A DNA stretch of 64,000 nt from an uncultured bacterium (GTDB lineage Bacteria; Actinomycetota; Acidimicrobiia; Spongiisociales; UBA5794): NCBI GenBank assembly GCA_963844835.1, contig CAWJPT010000001.1, forward strand, positions 147,555-211,554, in the 5' to 3' direction. Made by a program: the position numbers and the translations under genes. Shown here one piece after another: positions 1 to 9,000 of the stretch; within the stretch, counting starts at the first letter, position 1, and the number at the start of each line of letters is the position of its first letter. Under the pieces are notes generated by a model. The model worked only from the letters and a program-made list of their open reading frames with translations. It had not been told where the DNA came from and did not search any database.

Positions 1-74
1 TCCTTAATGAGACTCGATTGCGGCCGACTGAGTAAGCACCAGGGGGACGCCCTGGCTGGTAGTCGAGGAGTTCT

Positions 75-461
75 GTGTCAACACAACGAGCCCTGATAGT
101 TGACGATTCGGACGTTCTGCGCCGTCTCATCGAGATGTGCCTGAAACCCGAAGGCTTCGAGATGGCCGCTGCAAGCAGCGGTGCCGAGGCCATCGAGGTC
201 GCATCGTCGTTTCATCCGGATCTCGTCTTGCTCGACATCGGATTGCCGGACATGACCGGATGGGATGTGCTGGACGCTCTGCGCGCGTCGGAGATCGGCG
301 ACGAGGTGAAGATCATGATCCTCTCCGGTTATGAAGACGTGCACGTCGAAGCCCGAAATCGCGGCGCCGATGCAGCCCTGGTCAAGCCATTCCGCAACGA
401 TGAGCTCCGTCGGCTGGCCGTCGAGGTAGCTGCCGCTCCCGCAGGCGAAGCCGTCTCCTAG
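75..461 (+). CDS. single-domain response regulator (CheY-like receiver)
   Basis: 128-aa ORF with receiver signature ALIVDDS ... DLVLLDIGLPDMTG ... LSGY ... VKPF. No output domain. Confidence 0.85.
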   Translation: MSTQRALIVDDSDVLRRLIEMCLKPEGFEMAAASSGAEAIEVASSFHPDLVLLDIGLPDMTGWDVLDALRASEIGDEVKIMILSGYEDVHVEARNRGADAALVKPFRNDELRRLAVEVAAAPAGEAVS

Positions 462-534
462 TTCCGACGGCCCCCTTCTCCGGCGATCTGATCAGCGATA
501 TGTTCTAACTGCGGTTGGTGGCTCGATACCGCTG

Positions 535-1005
535 ATGCTCGTACTCTGGCTGGTCATCTCACTGCTGGCGCCGTCGCCGACGGCCAGTTCCTGTGTTGGG
601 CTGGCTAGGCCGGCATCTGGTGAGGTGGTTCGTCCCTTTGCCCCAATCGGTCGCTATGCGGGCCACTGGGGTATCGACCTATCCACCGACGTGGGCACAC
701 CGGTCAAAGCTGCGGCGTCGGGAAGGGTGACCTTCGCCGGAGTTGTCGCCGGGATGCGGTCGGTGACTGTAGATCACGGCGGTGACCTCCGTACCTCGTA
801 CTCCTACCTGGACGACATGGAGGTGAGCTCTGGAGAGTGGGTGTCGGCCGGCGACACCATCGGGCACAGTGGCTTGGACCATGAGGTTGCGGCACTGCAC
901 TTCTCAGTTCGGGTCGGCGACGTCTATCAGGATCCGGCCAAGTGGTTGGTTTGTCTGACAGAGGTTCAGCCGGCATTGCGCCTGGTCGCGGTCGAGTCGT
1001 CCTAA
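535..1005 (+). CDS. M23 family metallopeptidase (secreted)
   Basis: 156-aa ORF with hydrophobic N-terminus. M23 motifs HWGIDL and GxxGxSGLDHEVAALHFSV. Confidence 0.8.
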   Translation: MLVLWLVISLLAPSPTASSCVGLARPASGEVVRPFAPIGRYAGHWGIDLSTDVGTPVKAAASGRVTFAGVVAGMRSVTVDHGGDLRTSYSYLDDMEVSSGEWVSAGDTIGHSGLDHEVAALHFSVRVGDVYQDPAKWLVCLTEVQPALRLVAVESS

Positions 1006-1014
1006 GCTGCGGCC

Positions 1015-1590
1015 GTGCGACGCGGCATTCTCGGCGGGACATTCGATCCTCCTCATCTCGCGCACCTCTTTGCAGGTGAGGCTGCATACCGGGATCTGCA
1101 CTTGGACGTCATCACCTTCCTGCCTGCCGGGGCGCCGTGGCAGAAGGCCGGGCGACAGGTGAGCAGCGCCGAGCATCGATGGAACATGACTGTCCTGGCG
1201 TTGGATGGCATCCCGTATTTCGACGCCGATGATCGCGAGATACAGCGTCAGGGTTGGACATACACGGCGGACACTCTGATGAGTTTTCCTGACGATGAGG
1301 AGCTGTTCCTCATCGTCGGGGCCGACACGGCGCGGGGCATCCCGACGTGGCACAAGGCGGACGTGGTCCTGAAGCGGGCAACCGTGGTCGTCGTGCCTCG
1401 GCCGGGCATCGAGGCCGAGGAGGTAGATCGTGCGCTGGTGGGAAGCAGCTTCGTGTGGCTCAACACCCCGGATGTGAGGTTGAGCGGGACCATGTTGCGC
1501 CGTCAGGCAGCGGCGGGTCGAAGCATCAGGTTCTTGGTCAGGGAGGCCGTCTGGCGGTACGTTGAGGACAATCAGATCTACGCCGGGTGA
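1015..1590 (+). CDS. nadD: nicotinate-nucleotide adenylyltransferase
   Basis: 191-aa ORF. N-terminal GILGGTFDPPHLAHL nucleotidyltransferase motif. The nadD-rsfS pairing is conserved. Confidence 0.9.
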   Translation: MRRGILGGTFDPPHLAHLFAGEAAYRDLHLDVITFLPAGAPWQKAGRQVSSAEHRWNMTVLALDGIPYFDADDREIQRQGWTYTADTLMSFPDDEELFLIVGADTARGIPTWHKADVVLKRATVVVVPRPGIEAEEVDRALVGSSFVWLNTPDVRLSGTMLRRQAAAGRSIRFLVREAVWRYVEDNQIYAG

Positions 1591-1728
1591 GCCCTGCGAC
1601 AGCCCTATCATTGTTGGCCACCGGAGAACGACCGAAGGAAACGAACCATCAGCGCAACGCAAGAAGCCATCGAAGCAGCACTCGCTGCTGCCGCCGCTAT
1701 CGATGACAAGAAGGGTCTGGACGTCGTT

Positions 1729-2022
1729 GTGCTGGACATCTCGGAGCTGCTGGTTGTCACCGATGTGTTTGTGATCGCCTCGGGGACGTCGAACCGTCAC
1801 GTCCGGACTCTCGCCGACGAGGCTGAGGCAAGGCTGGTAGCGCAGCTTGGGCGTAAGCCGCTGCGGCGAGAGGGTCGGGAGTATTCGACGTGGATCCTGC
1901 TCGACTACGGCGACATGGTGGTGCACGTGTTCGATCAGGAGACGCGCAACTACTACCAGCTGGAGCGTCTGTGGGCCGATGCGCCCGTCATCGAGTTCGA
2001 ACCCACAGCCTCTGAAGCCTGA
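1729..2022 (+). CDS. rsfS: ribosome silencing factor RsfS (iojap family)
   Basis: Motifs DVFVIASGTSNRHVRTLADE and WILLDYGDMVVHVFDQETRNYYQLERLW. Conserved N-terminal sequence (AIDDKKGLDVVVLD) continues in frame upstream of the first GTG, so the true start is probably near 1648 (see findings). Confidence 0.85.
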   Translation: MLDISELLVVTDVFVIASGTSNRHVRTLADEAEARLVAQLGRKPLRREGREYSTWILLDYGDMVVHVFDQETRNYYQLERLWADAPVIEFEPTASEA

Positions 2023-2064
2023 TAGAATCACAACCCGCTCGGAGGGCATTTGTGCTCTCCTCTT

Positions 2065-2138
2065 GGGGCTGTAGCTCAGCTCGGCAGAGCGCTTGCATGG
2101 CATGCAAGAAGTCAGGGGTTCAAATCCCCTCAGCTCCA
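2065..2138 (+). tRNA. tRNA-Ala (anticodon GGC)
   Basis: 74-nt cloverleaf with acceptor GGGGCTG/CAGCTCC and the G3:U70 Ala identity pair. Anticodon loop ATGGCAT, T-loop GGTTCAAATCC. Confidence 0.9.
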
Positions 2139-2143
2139 CCGGG

Positions 2144-2165
2144 ACCCGATCTTCTCGATCGGGTT
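2144..2165 (+). terminator. hairpin directly after tRNA-Ala (ACCCGATC-TTCTC-GATCGGGT)
   Basis: Perfect 8-bp stem and 5-nt loop, followed by a T-rich stretch. The same 22-mer recurs at 5347-5368 (21/22 identical). Confidence 0.5.
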
Positions 2166-2275
2166 CCTTTGTGTTTGGTGTGGACCGTTAGCGGGGCGGC
2201 TTCTTAAGATGCCTGCGGGATACGTTTTGGTGTGTATTGGTGGCCGGTTTGTTGTGGGGGACTGTGGCCGCAGCA

Positions 2276-2298
2276 GGTTCAAATCCCCTCAGCTCCAC
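2276..2298 (+). repeat. partial duplicate of tRNA-Ala 3' end (att-like direct repeat)
   Basis: GGTTCAAATCCCCTCAGCTCCAC is identical to 2117-2139. It has no 5' half, so it is not a tRNA. Followed by its own 10-bp hairpin AGATCCCCCG/CGGGGGATCT. Confidence 0.85.
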
Positions 2299-3454
2299 AA
2301 CCCAGATCCCCCGTATTTGCGGGGGATCTTCTCGTTTAGAGCTCGAGTGACATTGGTCCCGTTCTTCTCAGAGTCCGCGGAGAGTCCGCAAGAGATCGGG
2401 CGCGGGCGGCTTCGAGGGCGGCTGACGCTTCCCGGGTCGCGGCCTTCGAAGAGGTGTCCGTAGACGTCGTAGGTAGTGCGAATCGAGGCGTGGCCGAGAC
2501 GTCGGGAAATCACGTAGGGGTCTTCGCCGGCGGCGATGAGCAGGGCGACGTGGGTGTGGCGCAGGTCGTGTGGCCGCATCGGTTCTCCGACTGAGTCGTG
2601 TACTGCGGGGTACCAGATACGCCGCCGGAACGGTGTGAGTCGCAGGGCCCGGGCGGACCATCGTTCTCACCCGGGTAGGTCGCCAGGTGTGCGGCGAGTT
2701 CTTCGGCGAGGAATGGTGGGAAGCTGACGGTGCGGCGAGCGGCCGGGGTCTTGAGTGGTTCCTCGACGCGGAGTTGGCGGCGGAGCAGGTCGAGCCGATC
2801 GGTGCGGAGGGCTGCCAGTTCGCCAGGGCGGAGGCCGGTGTAGGCGCCGGTCAGGACGAGGGCCCGGTATCGGGGCCTGATCGTTGCGGCGAGCTGTTCG
2901 ACTTCCTCGATGGTGAGGAAGCGTTTCTCTGATTGCTCGATGCGGGGGAGGGCGATGCGGCGACATGGTGTTCGGGCAAGGCGGCCGTCTTCCACGGCCA
3001 GGTCGAGGGCTAGTTGGAGCAATGTGTAGGCGCGGCGGATGGTGGAGGGGGAGTAGCCGGCGGCGACGAGGTCGGCTACCCAGGCTCGGAGATGGCGCGG
3101 CTCGATAGCGGCGAGGGCGGAGTGTTCGAAGGTGGGCAGGATGAGGCTGCGGATGACCGATCCATCGCTATCGCGGGTCGAGGCGGCCAGGTTGACCCGT
3201 GCCTCCTGGACTGTGGTGTTCCACTCACCGAAGGTGATGCGGGGGCGTCGGCGGTCGGTCCACTCGCCGCGCAGCATGTCGGTCTCCACGGTGGCGAGGA
3301 ACGTCTCGGCGTCGACCCTCCGAGCGAAGTTGCGCGCTCGCTCCCGGCCGTCGGGTGCTCGGTAGCGAGCCTGCCAGGTGCCGGCATCGGTCCTACGGAT
3401 GTGCGCCACGTCTGTTTCCCCGAACCCTTGCTTGCGACTGCGTCTCAGGTGCAC
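2289..3454 (-). pseudogene. tyrosine recombinase / phage-type integrase, frameshifted
   Basis: Minus-strand ORFs 3454-2510 (N-terminal and core-binding part) and 2579-2289 (catalytic part: RPHDLRHTHVALL ... GHASIRTTYDVYGHLF). FRRRIWYPAV continues in the second frame upstream of its Met. The frames join only through a 1-nt shift near 2650-2665. Confidence 0.85.
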
Positions 3455-4076
3455 GCAGGGCGCATCGTCGGTTTCGACCCTCTGATCAGAGTCTCAGCAA
3501 CCCTCTCACCAAAGTCTCAGGGCATAGTCCTATGGGCGCAATCCACGCCTGGGACAGCCCCAGCGTTGCACGAGTCTCCCCGATTCGCTAGCAGCGCAGA
3601 AACTGCGACGGCGAGCACCAGCCTCGATCCCCCTTCTCTTCTCGAAAGATCCCAACCACCCAGATCCGCAAATACCGAGCGCTATCACGCATTTCGGAGA
3701 GTGATCGATATCGGCGATTCCGTGAGTCCCTTGGCGAACGCTCACGGCCGAGGACCGGCTCAGGATCCACCAACGAACAGTTTCGGCAATCGAGTCACGC
3801 GTGGGGTGATATCGATCGGTGCCAGTTCCGGTATCTGCCGCCCAGCCACACCCGATCACCAAGTATGCGCCAGATCTCCCATTCCGCCGAGCGCACTAGA
3901 TGGCACGTCTCCGCTTGGTGTCGTGACCACTCAACGTTGCGGTGTCGTACCAACTCGACGTTGATTTGTTTGGGTTCCAGCCGCGCTCTCGGTCTATGGG
4001 AGCGCGCCGGGGCAGCTCGTCTTCGGTGGCCGGCATGTGTGTTGATCGGGCGTCTTTCTGATAGCATAATGAAAGC

Positions 4077-4301
4077 ATGCCAAACGTACTTGTTAGAGAT
4101 CTACCCGCCGAGGTGCATGCCCAGCTGCAGCGACGTGCCGAGAGCCAGGGGCAATCACTCCAGCAGTATCTAGCTACCGAACTAAAACGGCTCGCAGAAC
4201 GGCCAACCCTGGACGAGGTGCTCGACAGAATCGAGCGACACCATGGCGGCAAGGTTGGGTTCGATCAGGCGGTAGCTGACTTGGCCGAAGAACGGAAGTA
4301 G
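4077..4301 (+). CDS. ribbon-helix-helix antitoxin (VapB/FitA-like)
   Basis: 74-aa ORF MPNVLVRDLPAEVHAQLQRRAESQGQSLQQYL. Its stop lies 3 nt before the PIN gene start. Confidence 0.7.
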   Translation: MPNVLVRDLPAEVHAQLQRRAESQGQSLQQYLATELKRLAERPTLDEVLDRIERHHGGKVGFDQAVADLAEERK

Positions 4302-4304
4302 TCG

Positions 4305-4702
4305 GTGATCGTCGCTGACGCCTCAATGGTCGCCAACGCCGTAGGTGATGACGGGCCCGATGGTGCCGCGGCGCGGCGGTGTTGCGGGCTGAGCGTGACC
4401 TGGCTGCACCCGACCTTGTGGACGTTGAGACTGTTTCTGTGCTGCGTAGGCGGTGGCTCAACGGTGACCTGACCGTCCGAAGATTCCGAAACGCGATCAC
4501 CGATCTCGGTGACCTTGCCATCATGAGACATCCCACATTGCCGTTCATGCCACGGGCCTACGAGTTACGCGCCAACGTGACTCCCTACGATGCCGCCTAT
4601 ATAGGACTTGCTGAAGCGCTTGATTGTGACCTGGTCACCGCCGACGCTCGTCTCGCCAAGGCCCCCGGTCCCCGATGCCAGATTCGCCTCATCCGATCCT
4701 GA
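4305..4702 (+). pseudogene. PIN-domain toxin VapC, frameshifted
   Basis: GTG 4305 gives VIVADASMVANAVGDDGPDGAAARR. The protein continues as VLRAERDLAAPDLVDVE ... TPYDAAYIGLAEAL ... LVTAD in another frame from 4379. This is a 1-nt discontinuity at cggcgg|tgttg. Confidence 0.75.
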
Positions 4703-4945
4703 CCACACCGACCAAAAGCCATCGGGTGATAGCGCCCCGGTTTCGTTGGGTGCCGAGAGCAGGCACGGTGCGCTCGGTGAGTTGAACGCGCAGGGTTGTC
4801 GTAGTTGGTCGAACTCGCCGAACGACCCGGCGACCCGCGACCCGGCTCTCTCGGACCTCTACGGGCGAGTATTCCGATACGAGGGGGTCAGCCATCTCCC
4901 GCGGCGCCCAGAGCTCCCTAGCGGCACCAACCTGCTCGTCCCCCT

Positions 4946-5319
4946 CTACACCTGTGCACGCCCATTGATGAGATGCGTCTCGTCGCTACCATTGCCACCA
5001 TCGGAGCGCCGTACGACACCACCGTCGAAGAACCTCTCCTCGAGACCCTGCTCCCAGCCGACCCCAGTACCGAGATCGTAGATCGGCAGGATCGGGCTAC
5101 TGGCCACTGAGATGAGCTTCTCGATGCGGTTCTTGTGGACGGTGTAGATGGACGGTCCGGGTTGTTCGCAAGCTTGGTGATGCGTTCGAGGCTGTCGAGG
5201 AATCGGCCGGCCACGGCCTCGCCGGTGAGCGTCTGGCTGGCGAGACAGAAGCATCGCACCTGGCGGTCTTGAGCGGCTTGGCGTTCCACTGGGTTGTATC
5301 GGATGCAGGTGTCCTTCAT
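4946..5319 (-). pseudogene. hypothetical protein, apparent frameshift near 5155-5165
   Basis: ATG at 5319 (MKDTCIRYNPVERQ ... ERITKLANNP) continues as SIYTVHKNRIEKLISVASSPILPIYDLGTGVGWEQ in ORF 5254-4946. No family recognised. Confidence 0.4.
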
Positions 5320-5328
5320 GAGCACCCC

Positions 5329-5368
5329 ATCCGCACCCCCGCCGGAACCCGATCCTCTCGATCGGGTT
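5329..5368 (+). repeat. degenerate copy of tRNA-Ala acceptor end plus terminator hairpin
   Basis: ACCCGATCCTCTCGATCGGGTT (5347-5368) matches 2144-2165 at 21/22. The preceding 19 nt match the tRNA 3' end at about 14/19. Confidence 0.55.
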
Positions 5369-5374
5369 GATGAT

Positions 5375-5452
5375 GTCAAGTCCTGCTTGACGTCACTACT
5401 CCTGTCAAGGTAGTCTTGACATAACGTCAAGAATCCATTGACAGGAGTAGTG
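5375..5452. promoter_or_regulatory. nested palindrome/operator cluster built on TTGAC/GTCAA half-sites
   Basis: IR1 is GTCAAG(5375-80)/CTTGAC(5386-91). IR2 is a perfect 15-bp pair, CACTACTCCTGTCAA(5394-5408)/TTGACAGGAGTAGTG(5438-5452). IR3 is TCTTGAC(5414-20)/GTCAAGA(5426-32). The cluster ends at the ATG of the HTH gene. Confidence 0.6.
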
Positions 5453-6040
5453 ATGAAACCAACAGACGAACAGCGACTCCGAGCTCGAGTCTCGGATCTC
5501 GTCTTGGAGTGGTACACGGACAGTGCAGATGCCGATCTCGATCAGGCAACGGTCGACGACTTCAAGCGCCTCATCCGCGCGGCACAGGTCGTTTCCGACG
5601 AGGCGGGATACTCGCTGAATCGCTGGGTGGGCACGGGTCGTCACGCCGGCTTGAGCTGGGCCGAGATCGGTGATGTGCTGGGGGTGAGCCGGCAGGCGGC
5701 CCAGCAGCGATTCTCCTCGCCGGACGTTTCCACAAGCCCGGATGGTGACTGGATAGTTCGAACACGCATGACCGCGTTCAATGAAGTCGCTGCTCTCGAC
5801 GAAGAGGGGATGAAGGGTAATGAGCTCGTGGGTGCGGCACCGCTCAAGCTCTTCTTCGTCCCGCGGGGCCGTCCGTGGCAAAACATCAGGGTCACCGCGT
5901 TCGGAACAAGACGCTCCCAGATGATCAAGCGCTACGAGGAGGATGGATGGAAGATGGCCGTTGAATGGGGGCCGTTCTACTACTTCACCCGACCGGCGGA
6001 CGGTGAGGCGTCGCCGAGGGTTGGCGGCTCTGATGTCTGA
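5453..6040 (+). CDS. HTH-containing protein of unknown function
   Basis: ATG at 5453 follows the palindrome; the track's TTG 5438 lies inside it. Central sigma-70 region-4-like HTH LSWAEIGDVLGVSRQAAQQRF. C-terminal ~110 aa not recognised. Confidence 0.6.
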   Translation: MKPTDEQRLRARVSDLVLEWYTDSADADLDQATVDDFKRLIRAAQVVSDEAGYSLNRWVGTGRHAGLSWAEIGDVLGVSRQAAQQRFSSPDVSTSPDGDWIVRTRMTAFNEVAALDEEGMKGNELVGAAPLKLFFVPRGRPWQNIRVTAFGTRRSQMIKRYEEDGWKMAVEWGPFYYFTRPADGEASPRVGGSDV

Positions 6041-6057
6041 AGGAGTTGACGCGAATT

Positions 6058-6084
6058 GGGGCGGGCCTACAGCAGGCCCGCCCC
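6058..6084. terminator. bidirectional terminator hairpin between convergent genes
   Basis: GGGGCGGGCC-tacagca-GGCCCGCCCC (10-bp GC stem), between the stop at 6040 (+) and the stop at 6094 (-). Confidence 0.65.
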
Positions 6085-6093
6085 AACCGTGTT

Positions 6094-9000
6094 TCAGCTG
6101 ATGTCCAATAGCACGAGGGTGTCGTACTTGAGCACGTCGTACGCGTCGCGATCGATGAATCTCGGTGTGAACGCCCGCACCTGGAGGATGAACACTGCCA
6201 GCTGAACCTTGTAGACAACGGTCTTGCCGCGGTCCATGGCACGCTGGGCTCGATCCAACCTATCGAGCAGGATCTTCTCCGTGTTCCTTCCGGTGATCAT
6301 TCCCGCGTCGGCGTAGTACTGGACCAATGCCTCGAGTGCGTCGAGAGTGAAGTTGTCAGTGAACTCCGCCCGGGCAACCTGCGGATCATGATCGCTGGTC
6401 CCGCGAGCACCGTCACCCACGTAGTCCGATGGCCAGTCGCTGTTGATGTGCGCCGAGCGCATGTCAACGAGATCCGACAGCACCGAATCGGTGACGAACA
6501 GCTGGTCCAGCGTCTGCGCCTGCCCCTGATACACATAGCTGTATGCGGCATTCGGGTTGGCCGCCAGCAGCGTGTAATACAGGTTGGTCATCACGCCGTA
6601 CAGGCCGGCGAGCTGATCGCTGTCGGGATAGACGTTGAGGTCACCGCCGACAATCACCTTCGACGTTCGGGTCAACCGTCTGCAACGCAGCAACGATCGC
6701 GGCGTTGTAGTTCGCCTGCTCGGTCCGCTGACCGACGCGGGCGTCCGGGCTGCTGCTGAAGTGGTTGTCGATCAGATAGGCGTCCGTGTAGGGGCCAGAG
6801 CCCGACTGCCTCCTGCCAGATGCGGAAGTGCCCGACCAGGGGAGCCCTGGTGAAGACGTTGTCACCGTCTACACCCGTCGAGGTGTCGACCCAGCCCGGT
6901 AGCACCGCATTCAGCGACTTCGGGTTCTGGATGTCCGTATTGAACGCCAGGCCCGCCCGGGTAGTCGACCTGTCGGGTCGACGCCGAGCACCGGATCGCG
7001 CGGCATCGGCCGGCAGCAGCTCGACACGATCCATCCGGAACATGTACCCGTTGACGATGCCGCGGTCATCTGCGCCGTCACGGTCATACGCCGTGTCGTA
7101 CTTGATGCCGCTCTGGGCATAGATCTTGGTGGTCAGTTCCTGGAGCGTGTCCGGCTTGCCGTCGGCATTGTTGGTGGTGCCGCAGACGAGCTCCCACGAA
7201 CGATCGACCGTGCAGATGTCCTGATCCTCGAGCTCCTGAGCCAGTACGACATCAGGGGCCTTGAGGTCGTTGACCACCTGCGATGCGATCTCACCGAGAC
7301 GCGTCCTGGTAGACCGCATCACTCACCGGCACGTAATCGAACGGCGGGCTGACGCCGGGGCAACCGGTGTCGGTTGTGAAGTCACAACCATCGAATGGGT
7401 CGTTCCTGTAGTCGTACAGGTTCTCCATGTTGAACGTGGTGACGCTGTACTGCCTGCGGCCACGTCCGGTGTCTGTCGGCGGGTAGTTGTTCGCCGGGTT
7501 GATACCCGCGGTCGAACTCGAGTTGCGACCCAACCTGGATCTGGTACTTCGAGAACGAGAAGTACACGCCACCGACGGCGGGTGCCGTGATGCGTGTCGA
7601 AGGTTCGCACCGGTGCGATCAGCGCCGTGTTGTCATCTGCGGTCGCCTTGATGCCGAGGCTGCCCATCACGATGCGGTAGCCGTTGCCGGGGGCCTCCCG
7701 GAGGCCAGGTTGCGCTCGTCGCGGAATGCCCTGCGGGCATAGTCGATGAGCGACGCGATCGGGCTGTCGGGTGCCGACACCCACACCTCACCGTCGAGCG
7801 TGCTGGCGAACACGTCTCGTCCCGCCAGTGCAAAGCTGCCGGAGGGGATCTCGGCACGCATGCCCTCATGGCGCTCCCAGTAGCGGTTGGCGTCATCGAG
7901 GTCTGGCAGGCGGGTCGTCGACGAATGCGGGGGTCTCCGTGTCGACGTCGACACCGGTCCTGACGACCGACACCAGGCTTGCGCCGGACAGCTCGGTCAG
8001 GTGGTAGTACTCGCTTACCTGCGCCCGGATGATGAGCTCGTCACCAACCTGGAGGTAGTAGTAGCCACCGGCGGGGTTGTAGATGTCGTCGTACCTGCCC
8101 GTGTACAGGTAGATGCCGTCCGAGGAGTTCGGATCGCCATCTGCCGTGGCCGCGGTGTTCTGGAGGAAGAATCCCCAGCTATTCGAACCTGAGCTAGTGC
8201 GGCTGAGCACCTTCTGGGTGACGACCACCTGTACGTTCACGTAATCACCGACGTAGGCCGAATCGAACGTCAGCCCATTGTCTGTGTCGCTGACCGAGCC
8301 CTGGATGGTGCCGACGGGCGTGATGACGAGCAGGTCGTCGTTGTCGCGTGGCTCGATCTTGAAGGCACTGAACGAGTAGTTCAGTGGGCCTTGCAGGAAC
8401 TTGACGTTGTCGCCTGCCACCGGCACGTAGCTGTAACTGCCGAGGTCATCGACCACGATGGGCCCCGAGCCGTCATCGATCGACCATTCCCCATGTCCCA
8501 GATCGGGGTTCACGACCGTGGCGTTCTCGGCTCTGACAAGCACGGACTCCCATTGTTCCTGGCCGATATCACCGGTAGCGAGCACCTCAGCGTCCGGCAC
8601 CGTGCCGGCGCCGATGACGGTGGCGGTCCCGCCGGTGATCTCGGTCATGCCGTAGTACTCGCTCACCGTGCCCACAACCTGGACCTGGTCACCGACGGAT
8701 GGGGTTGAGGGGAGATTGAAGACGTACAGACCGCTCCATGGGCCTGTGCCGTCCTGAATGAAGACGTCGCTGCCGAACACAGCAGTGACTACACCCTCGG
8801 TGAGCACGAAGTCGCCAACGTGCGGCGAGGCGCCTGATGCGTCGGTGGTGTACTGGATGTCGTAGATGCTGGTCACCGTGGTCGGGCTCACCGTCACCGT
8901 CAGGTCACAGGTCGCCGGTCTGCGGTGTCGCGTCAGAGTTTGTTGCCGTCACGGTGGCGCTGTAAATCTGTGCCGGCACGTCGGCCGTCACCGTCACGTC

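Larger units (their letters stand above)
2139..5368. mobile_element. decayed tRNA-Ala-associated integrative element
   Basis: Bounded by the tRNA-Ala 3' end plus hairpin (2117-2165) and a degenerate copy plus the same hairpin (5329-5368). An extra perfect 23-bp copy lies at 2276-2298. Contents: frameshifted tyrosine integrase, an ORF-poor 600-bp stretch, vapB and frameshifted vapC. Confidence 0.6.

Noticed and set aside
904-2139. 411-aa minus-strand ORF, one of the longest in the track.
   Set aside because: It is antisense to nadD and rsfS, reads through tRNA-Ala, is Arg/Pro-rich and shows no family resemblance. This is a typical high-GC shadow ORF.
2276-2298. Possible additional tRNA genes (second tRNA-Ala-like and tRNA-Asn-like sequences at 2276-2298 and 48438-48490).
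   Set aside because: Both lack the 5' acceptor strand and D-arm (Ala copy) or the 5' acceptor strand (Asn copy) and cannot fold into a cloverleaf. I interpret them as att-type duplications.
3014-3964. 316-aa plus-strand ORF.
   Set aside because: Its first half is antisense to the integrase. The remainder has no recognisable features, and the composition is that of a shadow frame.
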